A stretch of 64,000 nucleotides of DNA from Candidatus Freyarchaeum deiterrae (GCA_037305845.1 CP147778.1:2144001-2208000); one strand, 5' to 3'. Positions 1 to 10,693 are shown, numbered from the stretch's first letter. The notes: a model not told the origin generated them from the letters alone. Translations and numbers: made by a program.

Positions 1-2
1 CC

Positions 3-677
3 AACGCTGCTATAAGTTGGATAATACCGACTTTCATAGCCACTGGATGGTTGTGGTTCGCCCTATTTATTACTGTGCCGTTCTTCTTGATCTTTGGTGT
101 GGCTTTCCAGACTCACTTTCCAGCATGGTACACTCGAAGATCGTTAATAGCACCGTTACAAAAGTCAAAAACCCCCATCAGCCGCATAACTAGAATATTT
201 GGGGCGCTTATGATACTGTTTGGACTCTTTGGCTTTCTCTGGGGCTTCTTACACATGTCTACTGCAGGTGGGACCCTTAATATAGTTGAAGGTTTCTTGA
301 TATCTCCTGTGATTGGGCTTGATGAAGCGGTTCTTATTACAGGTGCCGCCCAGATATCTTCTATAATTGTACTCTTGGAAACGATTGTTCCACTAATTCT
401 AATGGTCGCGGGAGCGGGAGTTATTCTTGGCGGTAAATGGGGTTGGTACCTAGCGATAGGTGGACTAGTGTTTTACATTGGTCTGATATGGTTGGGTTGG
501 GTTTTCCCTCCAAATATCGGTGTAATGGATTGGATAGGCACGCTTAACTACTTCTATACCACCTTCTCGTTCTATACGCCATACGAGCCGTTCTTCTTCG
601 CAGCGGTACTATTTTCAGGCGTTTCTGCAACGTTCTTATGCCACCTATTACCCAAGCGAAACCAGTACATACTCTAA
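3..677 (+). CDS. Multi-pass membrane protein, 5'-truncated by the window; paralog of the next two genes
   Basis: Frame is open from the window start. The C-terminus (KWGWYL...SFY.P....FLCHLLPKRNQYIL) matches the two downstream ORFs. Confidence 0.75.
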   Translation, partial: NAAISWIIPTFIATGWLWFALFITVPFFLIFGVAFQTHFPAWYTRRSLIAPLQKSKTPISRITRIFGALMILFGLFGFLWGFLHMSTAGGTLNIVEGFLISPVIGLDEAVLITGAAQISSIIVLLETIVPLILMVAGAGVILGGKWGWYLAIGGLVFYIGLIWLGWVFPPNIGVMDWIGTLNYFYTTFSFYTPYEPFFFAAVLFSGVSATFLCHLLPKRNQYIL

Positions 678-836
678 GAAAAATTCACAATACCCTATTA
701 ACACCGGTACATCACTAGATTCGGAAGCTTCGGAATGCTTACTAACACCTCTCCCCTACTTTTTTTTATCACGCTGTTTCTCTACCATCACTATCTGCTC
801 AAATAAATTTATAATTAAGTTTAGAAGAATAAACTT

Positions 837-2069
837 ATGTCTGCTACCGATGACGTAGACAAAATGATGAAGAAATACCGTGAAAAGGCTCTGGCTTCAA
901 GAACAAGGTTTCAAAGATTCGTAGATATATTCACGATGGTTCCAATGCCTACCTATTTTGTACTGATGGCTCTGGGCCTTTTTTTAACAGGAATAAGACT
1001 TACCTCCCTCGACCTCACTCTGAGGTCCTATGTAATATTTAGTGGCTCTGATTTTCTGGCTGGTTTCCAGCAAAGCATTTTGATACATCTTTGGTTCATA
1101 CCCTCCATACCAGCCGTATGGAATACCTCACTCCTAGCTCCTGCGTCCATAAGCGTGTTAGTAGGTCTCGCCCTTTTTACAGTATATTTCGTTTCTAGAC
1201 GCTTAGCCTACAAAAAAACCTATTACATTGATTTGGGCTTTTTAGCCTTCTTTTTGCTCGGATTATTATTGATGTTCGTGTCTCCGAGCTTATTTGCTAC
1301 ACTCTACTACTATTACCCTGCTACCCTGCTATTTACTCTGCTGACAATTCCTTCCGCATTCTCAATATTTGCTAAGAAACCCTTTACCTTTCAACACGTT
1401 GAAAGAGTTTATCCCCCCTCAGTTAGGGAGATGGATATCTACAGAAAAATCCACTACCGAATCTCAACCTTCTTTGTTATAGTATTCGCTATCAGCGCTG
1501 CAGTTTTTTATTTCCGATTCTACCTTCCCACAGCTTCACCAGTGTTCACCGTCCTATTCTTCGTACCATTCTACTTCTTGGCGCTAGGTTGGGCTTTTAT
1601 GATTCATTTTGTAGGATGGTACCGCCGATTAGTACTCAAAACGCCCTTAGAAAAACCGTCAAGCCCTCTACCCCACCTAGTAACATTAGTCGGCGCATTA
1701 CTGATAATCTACGGGCAGTTAACCCTTATAGTTGGACTTTGGATGTCAACATCCGTAACATTCACAACCTTATCGTATGTTGTTGCCACAATTCTCATGG
1801 TCTCTGGAACCGGAATAATTATAGTTAGAAAGTGGGGCTGGTACCTCACAATTTTTGGGCTTCTTTCACATATTGTCCTGTTCTGGGCGGTTTGGGCTGC
1901 TGCGTCTTACAGTTTACCGGATTTGTTGGCCTCAATGGGTAGCTTCTACATTACCCTTTCCTTCTATCCCCCTACTGATATCCTGTTATTCCTAGCGTTA
2001 ATTTTTTCGAGCATTTCCTCGCTGTTACTATGCTACTTATTCCCAAAAAGGAACTACTACCTGCTCTAG
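837..2069 (+). CDS. Multi-pass membrane protein (tandem paralog 2)
   Basis: 410 aa, about 11-12 hydrophobic segments and a KKPFTFQ..ERVYP motif. A TATA-like TTTATAA lies ~25 nt upstream and a T-tract downstream. Confidence 0.85.
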   Translation: MSATDDVDKMMKKYREKALASRTRFQRFVDIFTMVPMPTYFVLMALGLFLTGIRLTSLDLTLRSYVIFSGSDFLAGFQQSILIHLWFIPSIPAVWNTSLLAPASISVLVGLALFTVYFVSRRLAYKKTYYIDLGFLAFFLLGLLLMFVSPSLFATLYYYYPATLLFTLLTIPSAFSIFAKKPFTFQHVERVYPPSVREMDIYRKIHYRISTFFVIVFAISAAVFYFRFYLPTASPVFTVLFFVPFYFLALGWAFMIHFVGWYRRLVLKTPLEKPSSPLPHLVTLVGALLIIYGQLTLIVGLWMSTSVTFTTLSYVVATILMVSGTGIIIVRKWGWYLTIFGLLSHIVLFWAVWAAASYSLPDLLASMGSFYITLSFYPPTDILLFLALIFSSISSLLLCYLFPKRNYYLL

Positions 2070-2307
2070 AAAAAATAATAACTACTTTTTATTTTTAGGT
2101 TGGGGTTACTAGTCAGGTTTTTATCTAATCAAAATTTCAATAAAGAAAATGAACAGTATAGCAGGGCCAGAAACTACCCCGCTACTAATCCACAATACTT
2201 GAGCTATTGCCTTAATAGTAAAGTATATATATAATAAAAACAAACGAATTAAATTAAATATTATAATTATACTAATATAAATCAACGTTTAAGGGAAGCA
2301 CTAATTT

Positions 2308-3537
2308 ATGCCTGCTGAAAGCTTGGACAAAATGATGAAGAATTACCGCGAAAAGGCTTTGGCTTCAAGAACGAGATTCCAACGATTTGTAGATATCTTC
2401 GCAATGGTCCCCATAGCGACTTACTTTATAGTGATGTTTACCGGAGTTTTTACAACAGGAGCTAGACTTACCTCCCTTGACCTTACCTCGAGGTTCTTTG
2501 TGATGTTTAGCAGTTCTAACTTTTTGGCGGGTTTCCTGCAAAGCATTTTGATACATCTGTGGTTTATACCAACCACCCCCGCTATGTGGAACCCCTCCCT
2601 CTTGACTCCAGCGGCTATCAGCGTGTTAGTAGGTTTCGCATTATTTATAGTGTATTTCATTTCTAGAGGCTTAGCATATAAGCAAATCTTTTACACAGAT
2701 CTCGGTTTTTTGGCCTTCTTTTTGCTAGGATTAACTTTAATGTTCGTGGTTCCGAGCTTATTTACCACACTCTACTACTATTACCCCGCTACCTTGGTAT
2801 TCCTCCTATTGGCGATTCCCTCCCTGCTCTCAATAGTTGCTAAGAAACCCTTCACTTTCCAGCGCGCTGAAAGAGTTTACCCCTCATCCATAAAGGAACT
2901 AGATATTTACAAAAAAATCCATTACAGGATTGCTACCTTCTTTGCTGTAGTTTTCGTTATTAGCGCCGCAGTTTTTTATTTCCGGTTTTACATTCCTACC
3001 GCTTCACCAGTATTCACCGCCCTATTCTTCATACCGTTTTACTTTTTATTCCTAGCTTGGGCTTTCATGACTCATTTTCCAGGGTGGTACAGCCGAAGAT
3101 CACTGAAAACACCACTACAAAAGCCGCAAAACCCTCTACCACGCTTAGTAAAAATAGGTGGCGCATTACTGATAATCTACGGACTGTTGACCCTTGTAGC
3201 TGGTCTCTGGATGTCAGCACCCATAACATTCACAGCCTTAACGTGCGTTGTTGCCATAATTCTCATGGTCTCTGGAATCGGAATAATTCTCGTTAGGAAG
3301 TGGGGCTGGTACCTCACGATGGGCGGGCTTCTTTCTCATATTGTTCTGTTCTGGTTGGCTTGGGTTGCTATACCTTACAGTTTACCGGATTGGTTTTCCT
3401 CTATTGGTAGCTTCTATGTCACCCTTTCCTTCTATCCCCCTACTGACATCCTGTTATTCCTAGCGTTAATCTTTTCAGGCATTTCCTTGCTGTTCCTGTG
3501 CTACTTATTCCCAAAAAGAAACTACTACCTACTCTAG
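2308..3537 (+). CDS. Multi-pass membrane protein (tandem paralog 3)
   Basis: 409 aa, colinear with and highly similar to 837..2069 over the full length. Confidence 0.85.
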   Translation: MPAESLDKMMKNYREKALASRTRFQRFVDIFAMVPIATYFIVMFTGVFTTGARLTSLDLTSRFFVMFSSSNFLAGFLQSILIHLWFIPTTPAMWNPSLLTPAAISVLVGFALFIVYFISRGLAYKQIFYTDLGFLAFFLLGLTLMFVVPSLFTTLYYYYPATLVFLLLAIPSLLSIVAKKPFTFQRAERVYPSSIKELDIYKKIHYRIATFFAVVFVISAAVFYFRFYIPTASPVFTALFFIPFYFLFLAWAFMTHFPGWYSRRSLKTPLQKPQNPLPRLVKIGGALLIIYGLLTLVAGLWMSAPITFTALTCVVAIILMVSGIGIILVRKWGWYLTMGGLLSHIVLFWLAWVAIPYSLPDWFSSIGSFYVTLSFYPPTDILLFLALIFSGISLLFLCYLFPKRNYYLL

Positions 3538-3671
3538 AAAAAATGCACAAATTTCTTTTTTTATTTTCAAGTTAGGTCACTAGTGAAGTTTTTATATCTC
3601 ATCTTTAGTTAATTAAATGCAAGCAGTCAGTCAGTCTGTTAATATACTATTACACTTATTAGTGGGGTGGT

Positions 3672-4808
3672 TTGTTGCCTTTAAAGATGCATAAAAATGA
3701 AACTATGACTCCCAGGGAAAGAATGGAAACCGTTTTGGATATAAAAGAACCTGACCGGGTGCCCGTGGTTGCTGCTTTCCACGCGGCTCAGGCTAGGTTA
3801 ACCGGGATGACCGTAGAGAATTTTTTCTTCGATGTACCAAAATCCTTCGAAGCGACCAAGAAGGTCTGGGAAACGTTTGGGGGCTTCGACCTTTACACCG
3901 GTTGCTCGCCAATACTCGGTTACTATATTCCCTGGCCCAACTCGCACAGTATGTTTTACTTCGATTGGACTCTTCCCAAAGGCAATACCCCTGAGCAGAT
4001 GCATGAGAAGGAGCTTATGAAGCGTAGCGACTATGACCTCATAATTGAGAAAGGCTTCGCCCCATTTAAGAGAAGACCTGAGCTGGAGAAAGATTTCATA
4101 AATTATGTGACGCAGTTCGCTTCTCTAAATACTGGTGATTGGCTTAGAGAAATGGATGTCTTTTCAATGTTTCATGGGGCTATAGAAGCTCCGGTGGATT
4201 TTATCTCTTTTCTGAGAAGTATAAGCAGATTTTTGATAGATGTTGTTGAGATTCCCGAAAAGGTGGTGGAGGCCTGTGAGGCAACAGTGGATGAGATGCT
4301 TTCAACCCTGGATGTGCAGCTCCAGTTCCTTGGAGGCGAGAAGGGCCCAAAAGTGGTTCTCTTCGGATTTTCACGCATCGCCACTAATCTTATTTCGCCC
4401 AAAAAATTCGAACTCTTCTGGCCTCACATCAAAAGAATCACTGAGGCTATAATAAATAAGGGGTGCATTGTGCAATTCCACTTGGACAATGACTATACGG
4501 ATGTTCTGGAATACTTCGCAGAATTTCCTAAGGGTAAAACCTGGTTCCACCTCGACCTAACAGATATCTTTAAAGCCAAAGAGATTCTGGGAGATAGAGC
4601 TTGCTTGATGGGAAACCTACCCCCACAGATTACCGGTTTAGGAACACCAAAAGAGGTAGAGGATTACTGCAGAAAACAGATAGAAGGCTGCATGGACGGT
4701 GGCGGCTATACACTGTGTTCTTCATGCGTTTTACCTGACGACATTCCAGCCGCGAATCTCAGGGCTATGAAAGAATCAGTGATGAAATACGGCTTCTATA
4801 GAGCCTAA
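3672..4808 (+). CDS. Uroporphyrinogen decarboxylase / methylcobamide methyltransferase (MtaA/CmuA-like) family protein
   Basis: MTPRER...EPDRVPV N-terminus; ACLMGNL and GGGYTLCSSC C-terminal motifs. Confidence 0.8.
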   Translation: MLPLKMHKNETMTPRERMETVLDIKEPDRVPVVAAFHAAQARLTGMTVENFFFDVPKSFEATKKVWETFGGFDLYTGCSPILGYYIPWPNSHSMFYFDWTLPKGNTPEQMHEKELMKRSDYDLIIEKGFAPFKRRPELEKDFINYVTQFASLNTGDWLREMDVFSMFHGAIEAPVDFISFLRSISRFLIDVVEIPEKVVEACEATVDEMLSTLDVQLQFLGGEKGPKVVLFGFSRIATNLISPKKFELFWPHIKRITEAIINKGCIVQFHLDNDYTDVLEYFAEFPKGKTWFHLDLTDIFKAKEILGDRACLMGNLPPQITGLGTPKEVEDYCRKQIEGCMDGGGYTLCSSCVLPDDIPAANLRAMKESVMKYGFYRA

Positions 4809-4867
4809 TTCAAAAACAATAAAGAAATTATATTAAAAAGTAATTGTAAATCATTGATTTTGGAGGC

Positions 4868-5593
4868 GTGTTGTTAGGGATGCTTTACCGTGATTCAGTT
4901 ATTAAAGCGCAGAAGCTGTATTATGAAATGATTCTAAAATCAGGATTTCCCATAAAGGGATTAAAACCCGAAGACTTGGAAGTGGCAGACTTCGGCTTGA
5001 GTGAAGGGGAGCTGGATCCTTTTAAAAGAATAGGACTCGGAATATACGTGCTAGTAAATCAGGCTGAATGCGGTAAGGTTCTATGCTTTCTTCCCAACCA
5101 GTACATGCCCGAACATCGCCACCGGTCAGTAATAGTTATGCCAAAAGGCTCAGAGAAAAAAGAAGGCTTTTTAGATTTGAGGAAAACTGTGAAAGGCTTT
5201 AGAGGCCTTGAGGGATATAGAGAGGGTGCAGTCTACTTGGTGCCGGAAAGAGAAAACATTCCACTTCCTAAAAACGGCATTCTTATCCCCGGGAAACAGG
5301 AGTATTTCCACACCGTTATGGGCACAGGTTCTATGTTCGTACCCGGAGAACCAACAGTTAACCCAACCTACAAAATACCGGAAGACCAGCGCCCGTATAC
5401 AGCAGTCTCACACGAAGTCTTTTTGGAACCCGGAGTAGGCCATCATCTTGCCGCTGACACGCCTCATAGCGTTGTAGCGGGACCCAAAGGTCTGCTAGTC
5501 ATAGAGTTTTCCCTAACAAGCAGAGATCCTCTGGATGTATTCACTAATCCGAACATAGAAAGAATTACTCGCATCGAGGAACGTCCAAAATAA
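4868..5593 (+). CDS. D-lyxose/D-mannose family sugar isomerase (cupin) with an internal insertion
   Basis: EVADFGL, PEHRH, GKQE, TPH..AG....EFS..SRD..D.FT motifs. Confidence 0.75.
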   Translation: MLLGMLYRDSVIKAQKLYYEMILKSGFPIKGLKPEDLEVADFGLSEGELDPFKRIGLGIYVLVNQAECGKVLCFLPNQYMPEHRHRSVIVMPKGSEKKEGFLDLRKTVKGFRGLEGYREGAVYLVPERENIPLPKNGILIPGKQEYFHTVMGTGSMFVPGEPTVNPTYKIPEDQRPYTAVSHEVFLEPGVGHHLAADTPHSVVAGPKGLLVIEFSLTSRDPLDVFTNPNIERITRIEERPK

Positions 5594-5610
5594 TAAATGA
5601 GGGAATATTC

Positions 5611-8289
5611 GTGGAAAGAAGATATGACTCCATTCTGGTTTCTCATACCCACTGGGACAGGGAGTGGCACAAACCGTTTCAAACTTTCCGAGGATACATG
5701 GTCGAGATGATAGATCATCTTATAAACATAATGGAGAAAAACCCGGACTACAAACACTTCTTGCTAGACGGGCAATCAATTCTACTCCAAGACTACTTCG
5801 AGGTAAGACCCGAAAACAAGGAAAGGATTCGCGCACTGGTTAGTAACGGTCGACTCAGTGTTGGACCATTTTATGTTTTACCTGATATGTTTCTAGTTTC
5901 CGCGGAAGCACTGGTGCGGAATCTGCTACTTGGCATAATGGTTGCCGAAGAGTATGGAGGAGCGCAGAAAATCGGATATCAGCCAGATTGTTTCGGGCAA
6001 ATAGCTCAAACTCCTCAAATAATGAAGGGATTTGGTTTTGATGGATTCATTTTCTGGAGAGGTATAGGAAACGAGATTGACACTCTTCCAACAACTTTTC
6101 TGTGGGAAGCTCCTAGCGGAGACAGAATTCTAACTCATCAGATTTCGCTCGGCTACTTTAATGTAGGCGACCTTCCCAAAGATGTGGATGCTGCTGTAAA
6201 TCTCATTGAGAAAACCCAAAGCATGCTTGAAGACCGAAGTAACACACGTTTTCACTTACTACTCAATGGTCACGACCACGCCTCCCCCCAAGAACATATC
6301 CCTCAAATAGTAAAAATCTATAACAAAAAACACCCAGATGAACCCATAAGACACGGAAGTTTAACAGACTTTTTCAGTCAACTCGGAGATAATACTAAAG
6401 ACTTACCAGTGTACGTGGGAGAGTTCAGAGGAGCACGTACGTCCGCGCTTTTAGGAGGAGTCCTCTCTTCTCGCATGTACCTGAAACAAGCAAACAATAG
6501 ATGCCAGACAGAACTGGAAAACTATGCGGAGCCTTTCTCTACTTGGGCATGGATTCTGGGAAATAGTTACGATAGAGATTTCTTATGGCTGGCTTGGAAG
6601 TGGCTTCTTGAGAATCATCCTCACGATAGCATTTGCGGCTGTTCCGTCGATCAGATTCACAGAGAAATGGAGACTAGGTTCGCTTGGAGCAAGCAGATAG
6701 CCGAGTTCATCACCCGTAGAGCAATGGAACAGATCGCTTCAAGAGCAACTATTTCTGACAAGGAATTCAGCATAGCAGTCTTCAACCCTTCACCTTGGCC
6801 AAGAACCGGAGTTGTGGAATTCTTCTCAGAGCCTTTCCCACCTTTCACCTTTTCGAGCCAACACTTTACCTTTAATCCCTCCCTTCTCAAGAGCATGGAG
6901 TTCACACCAAACCGCAACTTTTGCGTTGTTGACCAAGAGGGTAAAGTCCTTCCCGTAGAAGTCTATCACAATCCAGATAAGTTCGGCTTCAGATTCTCCG
7001 AAAACACTCTGCCTCATGTCTTGAGATTTCTAGCCGAGAATGTTCCCGCTTGCGGATACAAAATACTATACCTGAGAGAAGAAAAAATTGAAAGTGTAGA
7101 ATCAACCCTCAAGTTTAATGTTAAGGAGAGAGTTATGGAGAATGAATATTTGAGGGTTAGTTTTAATCCAAACGGCACAATGAATATAACAGAACTCCAA
7201 AGCGGAGTAACCTTTTCGGGGTTACACGTGCTCGAGGATGTAGGAGACAATGGCGACGAGTATAATTACTCCAAACTTAAGGAGGATACAGTTTTCACCA
7301 GTGAGAACCTGAACGCTGAAATCTCCTTTGAGAAACACTCCGCGATGGTGGATGCGGTTGTAAAGATTGAAATGCTTCTCCCAAAAGGTTTAGAGGAGGG
7401 AAATCGCAACCGCCGTTCCAGTGAAAGAGAGCCCCTAAAAATAGTATCACGTATATCTATCCTCCCAGGCGCTAGGTTTGTTAACTGTAAAACAGAAATC
7501 GAAAACAATGCAAAGGATCATCGTCTAAGAGCTCTATTCCCGACAGCCATAACATCCGAGGTTGTCAACGCTGACGGCCACTTTGGAGTTGTTGAAAGAA
7601 GCTTGAAACTTCCTGATGAGACAAACTGGGTAGAAACACTAACTACTGCGAGCCACCAAAACCTTTTCGTGGATATAAACAATGGAGAAAAGGGTTTAGC
7701 TATAACAAACAAGGGATTGCCTGAGTACGAGATTTACGGAGAAAAAGATAGAACCATAGCTATAACTCTTGTCCGCTCAGTAGGCTGGCTGTCAAGAAAC
7801 ATGGACAACAATAACCGCAAAATGTTCGGAGGTCCATCCGTACCAACATCAGAAGCACAGTGCCAAGGCCGACTCACAGCCGAGTACGCAATAATTCCCC
7901 ACTCTGGAGACTGGGAAGAAGCACAAGTTCCGAGAGTAGCCCACGAATTCGCAAACGAACTAAGAACGGCGGAGGTTAAGAATCCGGACAACACGCTACC
8001 CGCTTCCATAAGCTTCCTAGAAGTTGAGCCCCCTTCAATAGTTCTGTCTGCCGTTAAAAAAGCTGAGAGAGAGGAAGCTTTGGTAGTCCGGATTTACAAC
8101 TCTGGAAAAACAACACAAAACGCAATATTGAACCTCTTTAAACCAGTGAGGTCAGCCAGCCTCACTAACTTCAGGGAAAATGAAACGACGGAGCAGATAC
8201 CAGTATTGATCGAGGGAAATAAAGTCACACTTGAAAGCATTCCACCAACAAAAGCAGTAACATTAAAGCTCCAGCTCAAGGAAGAGTGA
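5611..8289 (+). CDS. Glycoside hydrolase family 38 (alpha-mannosidase / mannosylglycerate hydrolase-like)
   Basis: SHTHWDREW, LLDGQ, PDCFGQ and HPHDSICGCSVD motifs; 892 aa. Confidence 0.9.
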   Translation: MERRYDSILVSHTHWDREWHKPFQTFRGYMVEMIDHLINIMEKNPDYKHFLLDGQSILLQDYFEVRPENKERIRALVSNGRLSVGPFYVLPDMFLVSAEALVRNLLLGIMVAEEYGGAQKIGYQPDCFGQIAQTPQIMKGFGFDGFIFWRGIGNEIDTLPTTFLWEAPSGDRILTHQISLGYFNVGDLPKDVDAAVNLIEKTQSMLEDRSNTRFHLLLNGHDHASPQEHIPQIVKIYNKKHPDEPIRHGSLTDFFSQLGDNTKDLPVYVGEFRGARTSALLGGVLSSRMYLKQANNRCQTELENYAEPFSTWAWILGNSYDRDFLWLAWKWLLENHPHDSICGCSVDQIHREMETRFAWSKQIAEFITRRAMEQIASRATISDKEFSIAVFNPSPWPRTGVVEFFSEPFPPFTFSSQHFTFNPSLLKSMEFTPNRNFCVVDQEGKVLPVEVYHNPDKFGFRFSENTLPHVLRFLAENVPACGYKILYLREEKIESVESTLKFNVKERVMENEYLRVSFNPNGTMNITELQSGVTFSGLHVLEDVGDNGDEYNYSKLKEDTVFTSENLNAEISFEKHSAMVDAVVKIEMLLPKGLEEGNRNRRSSEREPLKIVSRISILPGARFVNCKTEIENNAKDHRLRALFPTAITSEVVNADGHFGVVERSLKLPDETNWVETLTTASHQNLFVDINNGEKGLAITNKGLPEYEIYGEKDRTIAITLVRSVGWLSRNMDNNNRKMFGGPSVPTSEAQCQGRLTAEYAIIPHSGDWEEAQVPRVAHEFANELRTAEVKNPDNTLPASISFLEVEPPSIVLSAVKKAEREEALVVRIYNSGKTTQNAILNLFKPVRSASLTNFRENETTEQIPVLIEGNKVTLESIPPTKAVTLKLQLKEE

Positions 8290-8451
8290 TTCCTCTTGGA
8301 ATTCATTCCTGAATATAATACTGCTACTCTTTCTAAGAAAGATAGTGGTAAAAGGAATTTCCATTCCTCTTTTCTACATTACCTATCTCGTTTGTAATGA
8401 CAATAGGCTTCTGTTAGCATTTGAACCACAACAAAACCACTTTTTAACAAT

Positions 8452-9855
8452 CTACAAAAGTCCTTCCATTTTATACCATTCCTCTGTCGCCTTGGACATA
8501 ATATCTCTGTGGTCTATTAATTCGCCGCCTGCGTCTCGAAGGATTCTCTCAAACATTGAGTCAGTTATATCTCTATTTTCCTCTGCTATATTTCGGGTCT
8601 GATTGGGATCCTTTTTCAAATTGAATAGATATTCTCTTTTCCTTGAGTAATCCGTGATGTATGCGAATTCGCTGTCCTGCGTCCAAACGTAGCCATTGAA
8701 ACCCGAGGTTGCGTAACTCCGCTCTTCTAACTCCCCCTCTATCAAAGACCAGAGTTCTTTTCCATCCGTTGGTGTTTGTGGTTCGATGCCCAGAAACTTG
8801 AGTATGGTGGGAACTATGTCGTGATTGTAAACGAAACCAGAAACACGTTTACCCCTCTTCAACCCGTCGGGGTGTCGAATTAAAAGCGGTATATTCATTA
8901 ATTCGGAATAAAGCCCTTGAGGAATTTTTCCCATCATGTTATGCTCTCCGAGTTGATGCCCATGATCCGCCACAAGTATCACTAATGAATTGTCTAACAA
9001 ATCAAGCTCCTTCATTTTTTCTAAAAATTTTCCAAGCCAAGTGTCCACCATAGTGACCTCGCCTGCGTAACAGGCTCTCATGTATCTCAGCTCGTCGGGT
9101 GTGAGATAATCAGTGCTAGTTGAATAGTTCGGTGTGATAACTTCTCTCCCTTCGTAACCGGGATAATAAAGATCACGATATCTTTGAGGGGGATCCCAGG
9201 GTTCATGGGGGTCAAATGAATCAATGAATAGGAAAAATTTTTCCTCTTTTCTGTTTTCTTCGACCCATTTTATTGCAGCGTTAAAAACCTGAGGAGCAAA
9301 GTAGTCTTCTTCAGACTGACGATTGGCAATGTTCTTGAGGTACTGTGGAAGTATAGCCATCATGTAATCACATTTTCCACTCTGCGGTATGTAACGTTCT
9401 AACAGTTTGGGATCAGGTTTTGGTCCTGTTTTGTATGGATCTGCCTCCTGACCTCTAATTAACTGCCACTGAGAGTATCCTCGATGAAAATTCATGCCGG
9501 GTTTGAAATAATGATAAGTATCTGTTATAAAAGCTGTAGTATAACGCTCCCTACGAAGAGTCTCGGCTATAGTTGTCTGTGACTCAGGAATCGGTTCCCA
9601 ACCATAAACTTGCACCATGTCCCCCTTCCGAGGATGATACTCTTTGAAAGGAAAGGTTCGGATTCCCGTGTGTGTTGATCGCCTGAAGGGGATAGTCGGG
9701 AGAGATTCAGGATACGCATTCTCAAAAATAATGCTCTCCCTAGCTAAAGCATCCAAATTTGGGGTTTTTATCCAACGGTTCCCATACACCCCAACATGAT
9801 CCTTTCTTAAAGTATCCAAAACAATCAATACAACATTCAAGCCCTTTCTCACCAC
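8452..9855 (-). CDS. Sulfatase-like alkaline-phosphatase-superfamily hydrolase
   Basis: LDTLRKDH, KTPNLD, FDPHEPWDPP and ADHGHQLGEH motifs; nucleophile motif is T-I-P-F-R. Confidence 0.85.
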   Translation of the reverse strand: MVRKGLNVVLIVLDTLRKDHVGVYGNRWIKTPNLDALARESIIFENAYPESLPTIPFRRSTHTGIRTFPFKEYHPRKGDMVQVYGWEPIPESQTTIAETLRRERYTTAFITDTYHYFKPGMNFHRGYSQWQLIRGQEADPYKTGPKPDPKLLERYIPQSGKCDYMMAILPQYLKNIANRQSEEDYFAPQVFNAAIKWVEENRKEEKFFLFIDSFDPHEPWDPPQRYRDLYYPGYEGREVITPNYSTSTDYLTPDELRYMRACYAGEVTMVDTWLGKFLEKMKELDLLDNSLVILVADHGHQLGEHNMMGKIPQGLYSELMNIPLLIRHPDGLKRGKRVSGFVYNHDIVPTILKFLGIEPQTPTDGKELWSLIEGELEERSYATSGFNGYVWTQDSEFAYITDYSRKREYLFNLKKDPNQTRNIAEENRDITDSMFERILRDAGGELIDHRDIMSKATEEWYKMEGLL

Positions 9856-10054
9856 TTATTTATATATGAGAAAGCAATGCTTTCTTTCATAAAATGTCGA
9901 CATTGAAAGCCAATAATAATTGTGCAATATTTTAATCTAACCTTTATCAACGTGAAATCTTTTCACTTTCACGAAAATGGTAGGTCTCCAACTCCTTTAG
10001 AAACCGGAAATTTAGAAATACTTTATAAGTGGAACAACCTACAAGCTAAAAAAG

Positions 10055-10693
10055 GTGATAACAGTGGTCAGCGAACTCGCGGATGCTATGGCGAAACTAG
10101 AAAGAAGTGATGTTCTGAGCAATGTGAAAAAGGAGATTAAAAAGGGTACAGCCCCCATGGAAATAATAGATCAGCTTTCTCAGGGATTGAAAATTGCAGG
10201 CGAACTCTACGACGAGAAAGAATATTTTTTAGCGGAACTAATAACTGCTGGCGACATTTTTCAAGAGGCTTTTCAAGAAATAAAACCAGTCTTGGAGGAG
10301 AAAGGTCTCAAGACTCAAGTTAAAGGAAAAATCGTTATTGGAACAATTCGCGGAGACATCCACGACATAGGAAAAAGTATTGTTACAACCATGTTGTTAT
10401 CTTCAGGGTTTTACGTCGAAGACCTAGGGGTCGATGTGCCGCCAGAAAAATTCATGGAAGCAATCAGGAAAATAAATGCAGATGTACTTGCAATGTCTGC
10501 GCTCCTCACTATAGCAATCGACTCTGCTAAAGAGACGATAAAGTTACTGGAAAAGAATAATCTTAGAAGTAAAGTAAAAATTATCGTTGGAGGAGCTGCA
10601 TTCACAGAGGATATTGCAAAAAAGATTGGCGCAGATGCTTACGGCAAGAACCCCCTCGATGCAGTAAAATTCTGCCAAAAACTTAAAGAATAA
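10055..10693 (+). CDS. Corrinoid (cobalamin-binding) methyl-carrier protein
   Basis: GDIHDIGK, DLGVDV, MSALLT and VGGA B12-binding motifs, plus an N-terminal cap domain. Confidence 0.9.
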   Translation: MITVVSELADAMAKLERSDVLSNVKKEIKKGTAPMEIIDQLSQGLKIAGELYDEKEYFLAELITAGDIFQEAFQEIKPVLEEKGLKTQVKGKIVIGTIRGDIHDIGKSIVTTMLLSSGFYVEDLGVDVPPEKFMEAIRKINADVLAMSALLTIAIDSAKETIKLLEKNNLRSKVKIIVGGAAFTEDIAKKIGADAYGKNPLDAVKFCQKLKE

